Assembly (NCBI GenBank): GCA_973895155.1
Contig: OZ316896.1
Coordinates: forward strand, 7,387,278 to 7,451,277
Reading direction: 5' to 3'
DNA: 64,000 nucleotides
DNA from: Marsupella aquatica
Lineage: Eukaryota; Plantae; Marchantiophyta
Made by a program: the position numbers and the translations under genes
Shown: piece by piece, positions 51,728 through 64,000 of the stretch
Position numbering within the stretch: the first letter of the stretch is position 1
Layout of the letters: every line of letters begins with the position of its first letter
The notes under the pieces: model-generated
The model's input: only the letters and a program-made list of their open reading frames with translations
What the model was told of the DNA's origin: nothing
Database searches by the model: none

Positions 51728-52818
51728 CCCATCGCAATTGCTATTCCTCCAACATGAGCTTAACTTTGTGGTTCTTATCCCTTTCAATGTACATGCAAGC
51801 TTAACACTTATATTGTTTGACTTGAAGTGTTTAGGGATTTTATACACTTCTAAATTTATTAAGACCCATAATTTGGACCTAAGCTGGGCAAAGTCAGAAG
51901 AGGCCAGCAGGCAACATGCAATGATGTAGCCCGGCCCAGCCAGGCTAGATGTGAGATAAGAATGTTTATGAAGGAAGGGTTAACTAGCCATAAATTTTCG
52001 AATTTTTAAGTTTAAGATCTCAAATGAGGCTAAAGAGGGACCTGACGACTACTTTGAAGTGTTATGAGACTTTCAAGCCCATCTGAGGTCAACCCGGATT
52101 GATATTAGAGAAGGAGGGTCGACCCGGAACTTTTTGTTATAAGCCTGGAATGAGATATAAAGCTTATATCAAGACTCTACTCAACAACAGCTATCCATTG
52201 CCAAAGTTTTTAAAACCATAAGTCAAACACAGGCACGACCACAACAGAATCCGGATATAAGGAAGGAGAGTCGATCCGGCCTCTCACACCTCTCAAAGCC
52301 GAACTTAGTAGGTTTTGAGTTCCCGAGCGCATTAGGCTGTTAAAGCAGTAGAGTGAGGAGGCTCTACCCTTTTGGTAGAGGATCTTGGGTCCGGATTATA
52401 GGACCAATCTTGAATTTCTTGATGAGAGCCTGGATATGAGGGTACTGACTGAATCGTTGTGAGGGGAATGCCAACTCCGCCGCTGGGAGTGAAGGCAGGA
52501 AGTTTGAGATTCTGATCGTGCATACATCGGTGATGACAAGGAAGGCCAGGTCGATCCGGACATCCACATTGCAGGCCTGTTTGAGACTATCTTTGCCCCA
52601 CGTTCGATGCACCTGAATTCTGATTGACGGGATCTTGATCAACGTTTCCAGAAGCGCTTGTCAGTTGATCAGAAATGCCGTAGCCAGGTCGACCCGGACA
52701 TTTCTACCATTGGTCGACACCGAAGCGATTGACCATTCTGAAGTCGCAGCATTGTAGAGCTCGCCGACGAGGAGGCAGACCATTTATTGGGAATCCATTT
52801 TCTGCTTCGATAAGTCCT

Positions 52819-54561
52819 ATGGAGCAAGGGACGGATCCAGCCGGAATGTCCACTTCTCGCGTCTCTAAGGGGCATTCAACCTCAACATCACCTGCACCTA
52901 CTCCGGTTAAAGCCCCTGTGAGACGATCGAAGAGAAAGGAGGTCCCTATTGCCATGAAAATTCTGAGGCCAACTATTCCGGACAGTGAAGCTGAGAAGGT
53001 CAAATTGAGGGATTCTTTGCTCAGGATGGGCTGTGAGTCTCTGATGGAGCTACCCTGGAGTTATCAGAGCGAAGATATGATCAGAGAGATCCGATCCAAG
53101 GAGTGTCCGACTGAGTTTAAGGATACCTCCAGAGGCCGACCTGAGCGATGGACTCAGATGATGATTGCAGGAGCTTTTGTATTGGAAGATGAAGGAGAAG
53201 GTCCAGTGGGAAGAGCTGTCAATCTAATCCTTCCTTACTTCAAAGGAGCCATCAACAGTAAGGACGGGTTCAATGTTTCTAAGTGTTTGGATCCTGATCT
53301 GAGACGAGTCTTCAGCTTTCTGCTACCCCTGCTGCACCCTGAGAAGCCAAGAAGAGTTATTGTTGGAGTTGGCTCTACCATTGTTGCTGCTTACAAGGGA
53401 GAAAGAAAAGTCAACTGGGCTAAGCTTATCTTTGATTTGATAAGGAAGTTGGTACAGAACCTATCCAACAAGAGTCCTACTCCCCTATCCTGCTACCTGG
53501 TACATCTATATAGCTTTGAAGGAGTTTTGTTCAGAGAGGAGAAGAAATTACTATTGGCCAAGTACAACTTCATCAAGTATGGAGAGACAGATCCAGATAT
53601 CACCCAGGCCACCTCTGATGACAGTGAGGATGAGGAGCCAGCAGAGACAAATCCTCGAAAGACCCAGTCTACTGCCCGGAACCTCGACCCGGACTTTTCC
53701 GACCCGGCCTTCGTCGACCCGGCTGAATGTCCGGATGCACCCGGCCATGCCTCCCAAGACACCCTAGCTGATTTCCAGATCATCTCAGACACGTTCCAGA
53801 AGGTGAAGAGGAAGACCACTGTGATGGAGAAGGTCATCACCGACATTTTGCAGAAGCTAGGAGTGAAACCAGGGCAGATTCTTGAGAAGATCTCCACCAT
53901 GAGTGATGCCACAGATAAGAAGAAGTTGGAGAAGGAGAATTAGTTCCTCAAGAAGAAGGTATCTGAACTCAAACAGCAGTTGGAAAGGAGTAAGAAGAAG
54001 AATGAGCTTGAGCATACTCTCCAACTCAGTATCACTCAATCTTTGGATCTGATTGAGCCTTTGACTAAGATAGCTTCTCTGGATCTTCTTAAGGCCCAAA
54101 TTTATGATGAGTATTTGGCCAAGAACACCACACCCATCCTTTTCTCCAAGATTAACCATTTAGTGGTAGATGTGAGTACCAAGGTGGATGATGCACTTAC
54201 AGGCCTCTCAAAGACCTGTGAAGCCTTAAGGGAGATGAGTGACTTGACTACTGAGGAGCTATTAGCTGATACTGAGATTCCTCCCTTTACTACCAGATCT
54301 TTCTCTCCTAGTCCTCATGAAGGAGTCTATTCCACTGGCCCCTCATCACCCCTCAACCCTCCTGGTTTCCCCACTCCCAGTACACACTTCCACTCCCATT
54401 CTTACACCTATTCTCATGACCCAAGTGCCCATCAGGAGAACATGGATATTGACCCGTCCATCCCTTTTACCACTGGCCAGCAGGGAGTTTACCTTCGGCC
54501 AGAACCCCTTGCTATGGCCAACCCTGAGGAGGATCCTTCCCAGAAGATAGGACCTGAATAG
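52819..54561 (+). pseudogene. LTR-retrotransposon accessory ORF (~580 aa, one internal TAG at 53941), bryophyte-type
   Basis: ORFs 52729-53943 and 53980-54561 share a frame; motif KDGF...C....RRVFSFLLPLLHPEKPRR...VNWAKL...KSPTPLSCYLVHLY, then coiled coil; lies upstream of purine tracts and an LTR-like segment. Confidence 0.7.
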
Positions 54562-54911
54562 AACTATATTTAGAGAGTTAGAGCCACATTAGTTTAGACC
54601 TAGAAATGGCTATGTAGGCTAGTATATGAGTAAGTAGACTCCAGCATTTTGTTGATATATCCATTGTAGTCTCTACTCTATTTTTGACTAGGATAGTTTA
54701 CTTTTATTTACATACTTCTTTAGACTTGGGTTTTGAAAAGGCATGTCTTTTCATAATCTCCACTTTTAGTACAAAAGGAGGAGAACCCAAAGTCAACCGA
54801 GGAGAGAGATGCATTTTGATTTCCCCATTTTGATTTTGGAGAAATCTATGTCTTTCTTCCCTTCTTTTTACCATGGTTGAGTAAAAGGAAGAAGTTTAGC
54901 AACCCTTGAGT

Positions 54912-55537
54912 TGTTGTGAAATGTTCAATGAATGCTAGAGTGTGCCTATAATGATATTGGAAGATCAATGAGATTTGTGACCAATACATTTGGAAGATTC
55001 ACCAAAGAGGAAATTGACATTTGCACAAAACTCAACCAAGCAATCTTAAGGATTGTAGGAGAAGTAAGCCAATTCGAGTATCCTAGTACCGTCCTCAACA
55101 GGACCAAAAAAGTGTCCCGGGTTGATTTACGTTCATATCTTCTAAATTCAATAGATGGAAAAGAGTTGCTACGAGAAATCAAAAAGCATAGAAAATGTTG
55201 ATTTCTGAATCTTAAATTAGGCCATAATCCTTATTGAAGGAGTGGTGATGGTCAGAAATTCAATTCCCTTGCACTTTGAAAACTCCTATCTACTCTCTCT
55301 CTAGTTTCAATTTTTGTTAATTCTAGTCTTTATTATTGCACTGTGAATCTTAAGGATTACCCACTTGAGTTTGTGGTTAAACACTTATGTTAAGGAGATC
55401 ATTAGAAATCTCTCCAACCTAAGAATGTTGGTGTAAACTTCTCAAATTGTGTTAATTCAGTCTTTTCGATCTTATCCACTCCTAACCGGAACGAAATCGA
55501 GTTGTTAAGGAGTAAATAGTCATTTATCTCTTTATCA
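54912..55537 (+). mobile_element. probable 3' LTR of the accessory-ORF element
   Basis: TGTTG...TTATCA termini; upstream purine tracts AAAAGGAGGAGAA (~54773) and AAAAGGAAGAAG (~54883). Confidence 0.55.
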
Positions 55538-57605
55538 CCTTGCTACACTAGAGGTAGTCGGGGTCAGCGACAACACAGCCCAAGCGGGGGAAATGAGGAC
55601 GCAACGATAGTGGCAAGGATGAAGCAAAGATGCAGCCAATACGCCTTGACTACGGTGACAGAGAAATGGAGGAGGGCAAAGAAATGGAGCAGCCGACCCA
55701 CCCCTCCGCAAACTAAATTGAGGGTTCAAAATGTAACCATGAGGGAAGCGACAACCGTCCAATGGGGAGACCAAAATAAATCTCAAACTTCGGATCTTCA
55801 GTAGTTAACTTGAGTTACTTTTCTTAACCAATGACTCAAAAGAGTGGCAGACTGATAAATACAAGAAAATAGTGGCAACAGTGATTATGCCACAAAAGAG
55901 TGGCATTCTAGTAAAACCCAGTTTTGCTCTATCATGATATTGCATGTTTGCATAGAATGATCTATAATTACTATTATCCTCTTACATTCCCTTGGACCAA
56001 TCAATAGAAATTTGGGGTCATTCGTGGATAGTAAAGGCCTTTTGCAAGTTAGAGGGGGTCCAAAGGGTGCAAGTTTTGGCACCTTTTAGTAGTGGACTAA
56101 GTATCAATAGGTGGATTGCATGATTGAGGACTACTATTTTTCTCCTTTTTTCTCCACAAAAAGGACTTGAGTCCTTGCCATTTTGCATTAAATGTGCAAC
56201 ATATCCCTCAATGGCCAAGATTGAGGATATGTATATCAAAGGCTAGATTTGAACTGGTGAACTGATTCCATTAAATGAACTTTTTTGGATTTAGTAGGAC
56301 CCTAGTAAAGCTTGCACTCGTATCCTCATATAGAGTACTTATGATGTGTTTAATGTCCTCAAGGCGAGTAGCCATCGTTTACTTTTCAAAAAAAGGACTT
56401 GGAAGTCTTGGAAACCTACAATAAATGCCCTCACAATCCCCGCCGGCCAGGATATTTTGAAAACAAGGACTCCATGTCCTTCCAACTTTGGCGCGATAGT
56501 CTCAACAGTAGTAAGGACTCGAGGACAAAGGAGTATTATTGAGAGTTTTATGCCTGAGCTATCAAATTTTACGAAGTGTTTCATGGTGGACACCAAGCAG
56601 CTTGAGGTCCATAGCCAAAATCAGTAGTGTTTGAGTGTTGGGGCAGGAAGAGAGAGCGACAAGAAATTGCAAACGAGTAGGTATTTTGCTGCACATTGCA
56701 AGATTGTCCATGTCGGCCCGGCCCATTCAAACCATTGAGATAATTACAGCCCGAGAGCTCTCGTTGCAGCAGAGTTCATTGGCAACAAAGGGAAGCTAGT
56801 GGAGGACGGCCAACTTACTTCCGGAAGCGATTTCATTATTTTTTTCACATCTGAGCACTTCGACGGGTCACTGACATAGGTTTGGTTTGCACATGATCAA
56901 ACTCTCAAAAATGATGGCTAGCATTCTTTTGATTCCTTAGCTGACTTTTCGATAGATGGTCGTATGTACCCCTATCTGTTCGCGTGCTATTAACACGGGA
57001 TTATCCGTCAACTGCATTGGTTGGAGTAATGCAACCTTCTAATTCTGTTGTGTAATGCATGTAGGCCGAGCGGGCGGTTTGTTTGAAGCCAACAGAGGAA
57101 ATTTTACTCGAGTCATTGGTGATTGAATCCAACCAACATGCATTTTCAATCCGCAGCAGTCCTGAGGTAATAATGTCGGTGTTGGCCCAATACGCTTGCT
57201 TATACTTTGAGTTTTCACCACAACTTTCCTCTGTACTAGCATATTTTTGAATGCCGTCATGGATGCCTCAACTGATAATCCAGAAGCTCCTAGAACTTCT
57301 ACTCTTGAGCTAGGAGAAATGGAGATAGTTACAGTCCCAGACCCTATTCTCCCTCATAGCAGCAGAGTCCGGTCCACTAGCAAACCAACCACGTATGCCT
57401 CCCAAGCTACAGATCGTGCTTCTCCCAACTCTCCAGCTCTTGTAGAGAGTATCAAAACTGCAAAACCAAAGACTAAGGTGGAACCGCCTGTGATGCCTAG
57501 CCGGGAATCACTAGGCCAGTTTAAATGATTAAATAAGGAGTAAACCCTGGAAACACATTAGTGTAGTAGCAAAAATATGGAAAATATAAACAATTAAGGG
57601 TGGCT

Positions 57606-60600
57606 ATGGAACCCGAGCCAAGGCCGGAAGTAAAAACGCTGGGGGAGGGAACACGATTAGGGTTAGGGCGCGCTAAGTGCCGGCGGCTATAGGTAACTAA
57701 CGGGAAGGAAGACCAGTCAGGGAGGGGTAAGGATCAATTGCAAGGAATGGCGGCTCTTTTGCAAGCACGAACTAAGCAGACGACTACGGGAGGCCAACTA
57801 CTGTCCGCTGCTCAGGCAAGCACTCGGGGTGGAAGCAGATACCGATAATCAATGCAAGAAGGATATGAGAAACGTCAATCAAGCTACTCATTTTTGGGGA
57901 TGCCTGTTAGAATGGGCAACTGAGTACATTGGGACCTACAAGGACAAAGAATCGGAGAGAGCCACTCGGGAACGGCAAGAGCTTGCTCGATTGTGGGAGC
58001 TGCAGAAGTCTGCCTTCTTAGGAGGAGAACTCATTACGGCTGATTTCTTGTGGACGCCTATTGCCGACAAACTCGACGATCTTCTGTTTTGTGAGAACAG
58101 AATAGTCGGCATCCGGGAGGCCATCAATCGCTGCAACGACATACACTGGGAGTTGAAGGGTAGCACGGAGGAGTGGATGAAGGCAACCGTGCTAGGAGAA
58201 ACATCCACGGCAGCCGCTATGAAGAGGAAAGGGAACATCAATGAAGAGACCACCCCTGCAAAGAGAACGAGGTCGGCGGCACCAAGGAAGCCAGCCGAGC
58301 AAGGGAGCAGGAGGCAGGAAGAAGCCAAAGAAGAGGAGGTCAACCCCATCAATGTCGTTCCAACAAGGGATGACACCTGGAAAGGCTGGGCGGCAACCCT
58401 CCCCAAGGAAGTGCAATTATACTTTGCACGCAAAGCTAGAGGATGCATGCTTTATGGCTATGCAAACTCGGAAGTACCACGGTTTCATGGCTGGATCCGG
58501 CTTGCCAGAAGCCTTTGTAAAGTTACCATGGCTGAAGCCGGAGGTGCCGGATTCAGACTTATTAGAATTTGTGGGATCTTGGGAGTCCGAGACCAATTCC
58601 ACAAGGGTGTATGGGAAAGAATTCTATCTCACTCCCCGAGTGATTGCCAAAGTGTTTGGCTTGCCGACGGGCAATAAGACCAAAGTAGATACCCGGAAGA
58701 CCTTGCCAAACAAGGAGTTTCGATCGTTCCCAGGGCCATCAACGAAGAATGGCTTCTTTCGGAATACCTACACCAACCCACACATAGGAGAGATAATCAA
58801 TTTCTTGCGGGTAACCATGCACTGCAACTTGCCGAGGCCAGAGATCGGCAAGGCATAGGTTTACTTGGCGGAGAGGCCAGACCCCAGCCGGGACTACAAT
58901 GGATACCTCCTCACCCAATTGCAGAAAATCTTGAAGGAGGAACAGTAGGTGATCGGCAAGGGAAGCGTGTCCCGGCTTGGCTATCATATGCCGTTGTTGT
59001 GCCGGTATGCCCGAAGTCAGATATTTGCCCCGGTACTTCCCCTGCAGGCAAGAGCACCAAAGGAGGTTCCGGAATAGAGGCCAGCAATAGAGAAACTGAC
59101 CCAGCCCGACAGTCCTACAATCGAGCAGGTGTTTAGGCCAAGGAAGGAGGACTTGCCGATGTAGCAACCAGGCATGCAGAATCTGCTGAAATTGTTGGAG
59201 AAGGAAAGGAGAACGGCAACGGCAACGGGACCGGTACAGAATACTGCTCCCAAAGTTGGCCTAAGCCAACTTACCAGGGAAAACCCCTTTACCGGGGTCA
59301 AGGAGAGAAGGAGGCCGGAACACGAGCCGGGAGTCCGAATGTATGTAGGAGCCTCAAGTCCTGAAGCCGAGGAAAAGCAACCCAAAGCTCCTAGTCGCAA
59401 CAGGGAGAAGAAGAGATCAATGTGGAAGCCGGAGGAACCAGGACCCGTGATCTGTGAGGCCGTGTTCACAGCAAAACCAGGAGAGCAGCGGGGGGAGCCG
59501 GTAGTCCAAGCCGCAGAGGAGGCGGTAGAAGGCTACAAACATGATGACTCCGACTACGCAAGAGTAGTTCGAGGGGACCCCACCCAGCAGAGCAGCCCCG
59601 AGTCTCCCCCACCAGATGTCGCTCCCCCGAGCTTTGACGGCATAAAAGAGATGGCACAAGAGTTTCAGGAGCGACTCAGGGAGGAAGAGAAGGCAGCCCT
59701 GGCTAGGGAGAAAGATTTACCAGGGGGAGAATGGCCAGAGCACATCAGGCGGCTTGCAGAAAAATGAAGTAGCCCTCCAGCCACGATAGAAGAAATCCGC
59801 AAGGCGGCTTGGGAACAAAGGCCGCAATGGTTAATGCTGATGACTTCTACTCACTCCGCCTATGCTAAAGAAAGAGCCATGGAGTACGGAGAGATGTGTG
59901 AAGAACTTGCGCTCAACATTTTTGGGGAGGAGTTGAGCAGGGACCCTTTTTCCAGAGGGAGATGTTGGAGAAGCGCCGATTAGAAGAAGCGATGGCTTTG
60001 GAGAGAAGCAAGAAGGATGAGGTCATCCGTCGGCTTAGGGCAAGGGAAGCCGAGGTAGAAGACCTGAAGGCGGCCAAGAAAGCCCAAGATGAGCTGCGGA
60101 TTAAGCAGCATGAGCTAAACATCATGCAGGGGCAATTGGATACCGCGCAGTCTGATAATCAGATTATCAAGGATAAACTGACTCGGACCCAAGGAGAGTT
60201 GGCCGATGCAATCAAAGAGAAGGAGAAGTGGAAGCAAGAGCTGAGAGACGCAGAGGAGCCCCACATAGCAGCCAACAACCGGGCCATGCGGAGACCCAGA
60301 GAAGGGAGAGGGCGTTGAAGGGGAAGCTCGAGGATATCCGCGGAGCCCTTGAGTAGAAGGAGGCCGAGTTAGGAAAATCCTATCAGGCAATCATTGTGCT
60401 ACGACAGGAGCTTGCATCCATGACGGCCAGCTTCAAGGCCGACCTCCGTGAGAAAGACAACCAGCTCGACCAGACTTATGCCAAGATGAATAAAATGGAG
60501 TTTGAGGTCATAACGGAGCTCGACAAGGAGCTAAGAGCAACCCAGGAAGAGAGGGCTACCTTAAAAAAGAAGCTTGAGGAAGCCCATAGAGAGTTGGAGG

Positions 60601-61564
60601 AAGCCCAGAAGGAGCGGGAGGAGGTGCGCAAGGACCTGGACGAATTGCAGGAGGAGTTAGAGGAAAGCACGCGGAAGATGGAGAACTTACAGCGGCAAAC
60701 CGACAACCAAACAGAGCAGCTGAAGAAACAAGTCGCAGTATTTAAGTGCTTGGCTTCCTCAAGTCCAACTCCAATAGGGGCAACCAAGTTGCCAGGAGTA
60801 GTACTGGCCGAAGGACAAGCCAAGACACTTGCACCGGTGCCGAAGGTAAGTGGCAAGGGGAAGGGACCAGCTGCCGAAACAAGGAAGAAGAAAAAATCAA
60901 TAGTTTCACTAATTCTGGAATATTATTAACGATTTGGAAATTTCATAACAACTTTTTGGAAATTTAAATCAACTAAATTGTAGATAAATATGAGACTTAT
61001 CAATATCATATTTGAAATTTTTTGATCAAGATATATGAAGCTTAACAAGCTACTCCTAATAAATCTATGCATAACATACAATGTACTCTAGAACTCAAGT
61101 TATAGGGAAAAGAATAATTGGTGTTGGAAATTTCATGATCAAAAATTGGACAAAAGAATGTCTAGAGTTAGTGAAATCACTGATAAAAGCAAAAACCTTT
61201 TGGGTCGGGGAGTAACACGGCTTCTCAAGCCATTGTGACCAAGGAGGTAAACCCGGCACCAACCTCAGGCAGGGTCACGGCAGAGGATCCAACTGACCTA
61301 CAAGGCGGGGATGGCAAGGGCAAAGCTGGAATGCTCAGTGATGAGGCCGGTATACCGAATCCACCACTAGAACAGGTCGGGGAAGCCGTAACCATATTGG
61401 AGGCCGTGGCCGATGCTGAGGCCAAAGCCGAGGGTGGACCCAGTCAGGCCGATGGAGAGTTGACTCGGTCCGGAGCAAGTAATCTGTCAGAGGATGGACC
61501 TACGGTAGTGGCTGCGAAGGAAGTGTTGGGGGCGTCCATTGAGGATCAGCCACCACTACCATGA
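57606..61564 (+). pseudogene. ~1200-codon ORF: N-terminal helical region, PMD-like region, long coiled coil, acidic tail
   Basis: ORFs 57829-58677, 58241-58858, 59174-59767, 59962-60318, 60396-60929 and 61235-61564 concatenate across stops and frameshifts; motif TRVYGKEFYLTPRVIAKVFGLPTG...KNGF. Confidence 0.7.
60895..61185. mobile_element. AT-rich MITE-like insertion in the ORF
   Basis: imperfect inverted ends TCAATAGTTTCACTAATTCTGG / CTAGAGTTAGTGAAATCACTGA; removal restores RKKK|KQKPFGSGSNTASQAIVTKEV. Confidence 0.75.
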
Positions 61565-62589
61565 CGATGGTGGAGGGCCGCTCCTTTTAAGGAGGGCGGA
61601 CGTGGAGGGAGGAGGCGTGAGTGGGCAGGGCGGGCTCAGATCTCCAAGTTTAGAATTAGGATCAGGACTAGGAGGCGGCCCTGACACTTAGCTTAGTGGG
61701 ATTGCGGATCCACTGGTAAGAGCAACATTTGTGCTCCTGCCTCGTTGTACATAGGTAGATTACGGTCAGGTTAGATTAGGCTTACACTGCAAGGAATTGG
61801 GCGGATCCACTGCCAGGATAAGTACCTAGGCAGCGGGGGGGTTCAGGGCCTTCTTCCATAGCAAGTTTTTAGTGCACCAACAGGGGTGGGATCAAATAGT
61901 TAAAGAAGCTCTCGGTTAGTTATGCTGTGACCCGTGTGTATATTCATGTTTCCTCATACCTAAGAGATGAATAGAGTTGGCTTCACGGCTTAGTTTGCAG
62001 ATCTTGTGTATGAGAAACTGTTTGTATGGCAAGTGCATGGTATAACTCAGTCAGAAGGAGTCATTTTGCTATTTGTGTGTTGCATTAACTTGTTTGAAGA
62101 TTGCCCACATCAACCAAGAAGGGAGTAAGCAAGGTAGTACGAGTTGGATGTGTCGAGCTGAGAGAGATCTTAGCGGCTTACCCAAGCCAGTTGGGGATCA
62201 TTCCGGCGGTGGAATCCAAACATACCTAAAGGGAGACCAGGAGAGGAGGACAATGGAAGGCATAGAAGAGGCCGGCTACACATCTCATGACCCGATGAAG
62301 GATCTATCCAGTATATGTGTGTAAAATGTTAGTCAAAGTTAGCAGCGTCCCATGCCGCTAAGCCGCGAAACTGGCCTTGCCAAGAGCAAAACCTGCGGGA
62401 ATCGGCTTGTCCAGGGGGGTTTCTTGGGTTCAGGGAGCCATGGGACGCACCACACCACCTCTAGAACCATGGGATCCTAAAGATTATGTGAAGGACGTAG
62501 AGTATTTCCATGTCACATTTGGTCTTCCAAATGAAGGTGTTAATCCTCATAAGATCAAAGACATTTCCAAGGAGCAATTGGCCGAAGTG

Positions 62590-64000
62590 TGTGATGCCTA
62601 GCCAGGAATCACTGGGCTAGTTTAAGGGGAAAAGGGAAGTGTACCCTAGAAACACCTTAGTATAGTTACATAAATAAGGAAAATATAAACAATTAAGGGT
62701 GACTATGGAACCCAAGCCGAGGCCGGAAGTAAGGACGCTAGGGGAGAGAACACGATTAGGGTTAGGGCACGCTAAGTGCCGGCAGCTAGGGGTAACCAAC
62801 GGGAGGGAGAACCAGAGGAGGAGAGGGGTAAGGACCGCTCGCGAGGAATAGTGGCTCATTTGCAAGCACAAACTGGGCAGGCAACTACGGGCGGCCAACT
62901 ACTATCAACTGCTTAGGCAAGCGCTCAAGGTGGGAATAGATACCGACTATCAACTCGAGAAGGGTATGAGCAACGTCAATCAAGCGGCACATTTTTGGGG
63001 ATGCCTGTTCGAACGGGCAACTAAGTACATTGGGACTTACGAGGATGAAGAATCGGAGAGAGCAACTCGAGGACGGCAGGAGCTCGCCCGATTGTGGGAG
63101 CTGCAGAAAGCTGCCTTCTTAGGAGGAGAACTCATCAAGGCTGAATTCCTGTGGACGCCTACTGGCAACGAGCTAGATGACCTGCTGTTTTGCGAAGATA
63201 GAGTTGTCGGCATCCGCGAAGCAATCAAACGCTGCAACGACATACACTGGGAGTTAAAGGGTAGCACGGAGGGGTGGAAAAAGGCAACCATGCTAGGAGA
63301 GACATCCACGGCAGCCGAGATGAAGAGGAAGGGGAACAACAATGAAGAGGCCACCCTGGCAAAAAGAACGAGGTCGGCGGCACCAAAGAAGCCAGCAGAA
63401 CAGCAGAGCAGGAGGCAGAGAGAAGCCGAGGAGGAGGAGGTCGACCCCATCAACGCCATTCCAACAAGAGATGACACCTGGAAAGGCTGGGCGGCGATTC
63501 TCCCCGAGGAAGTGCAATTATACTTTGCACGGGAGGAGGATGCATGCTTTACGGCTATGCAGACTCGGAAATACCAGGGCTTCATGGCCGGATCCGGCTT
63601 GGAAGCCTTCGTAAGGTTACCGTGGCTGAAGCCGGAGGTGCCGGATTCAGACTTACTAGAATTCGTGGGATCATGGGAGTCCGAGACCAATTCCACAAGG
63701 GTGTATGGGAAGGATTTCTATCTCACTCCCCAGGTGATTGCCAAAGTGTTTGGCTTGCCGAAGGGCAATAAGACCAAGGTAGATACCAGGAAGACTTTGC
63801 CAGACAAGGAGTTCGGGTCGTTTCCCGGGCCTTCAACAAAGAATGGCTTCTTCTGAAACACCTGCACCAACCCGCATATAGGAGAGATGATCGATTTCTT
63901 GCGGGTGACCATGCATTGCAACTGGCCGTGACCAGAGATCGGCAAGGCACAGGTCTATCTGGCAGAGAGGCCAGACCCAAGCCTGGACTACAATGGTTAC
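62590..64000 (+). mobile_element. second copy of the 57489 element, running off the window
   Basis: starts TGTGATGCCTAGCC; colinear with 57489-58900; ORF 62930-63856 is homologous to 57829-58858. Confidence 0.92.

Larger units (their letters stand above)
57489..62454 (+). mobile_element. ~5-kb solo-LTR-like element containing a long gene
   Basis: TGTGATGC...GCACCACA inverted termini; 5-bp TSD CCGCC/CCACC (1 mismatch); clean restoration of the host reading frame; no internal LTR pair, gag, pol or transposase. Confidence 0.8.
57259..62589 (+). pseudogene. host ORF split by two insertions (pieces 57259-57488 and 62460-62589), PMD-like motif
   Basis: removing 57489-62459 gives in-frame KPKTKVEPP|LEPWDPKDYVKDVEYFHVTFGLPNEG...EQLAEV, which is cut again at 62590. 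Confidence 0.7.

Noticed and set aside
61681-61686. CTGACA as the right end of the 57489 element
   Set aside because: No TSD there; 62454 gives a TSD, better inverted termini and frame restoration.
57489-64000. Reading the two copies as the 5' and 3' LTRs of one element
   Set aside because: Copy 1 has its own TSD, and the 135-bp spacer is host ORF without a PBS or PPT.

Overview
Eukaryotic plant genomic DNA, probably bryophyte/liverwort-like (inferred from the bHLH type and the TE-associated ORFs). One intact host gene is recognisable: an intronless subfamily VIII (RSL-like, divergent) bHLH transcription factor at ~30.7-32.3 kb, inside a ~20 kb TE-poor island. Both flanks are nested, decayed transposons. 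Left flank: a LINE fragment split by a Copia solo LTR (TSD TCAAC), itself split by a 3.3 kb TIR element (6-bp TSD, GATAAATTTATC palindrome array), plus a block of orphan ORFs. Right flank: a decayed Ty1/Copia element (41244-51727) carrying two insertions, the 3' part of another LTR element with a ~580-codon accessory ORF, and a ~5 kb TG...CA element with a 5-bp TSD that looks like a solo LTR but contains a ~1200-codon PMD-like/coiled-coil gene. A second copy of that element is inserted ~135 bp away in the same host ORF. No rRNA, tRNA or CRISPR was seen. All alignments were done by eye.
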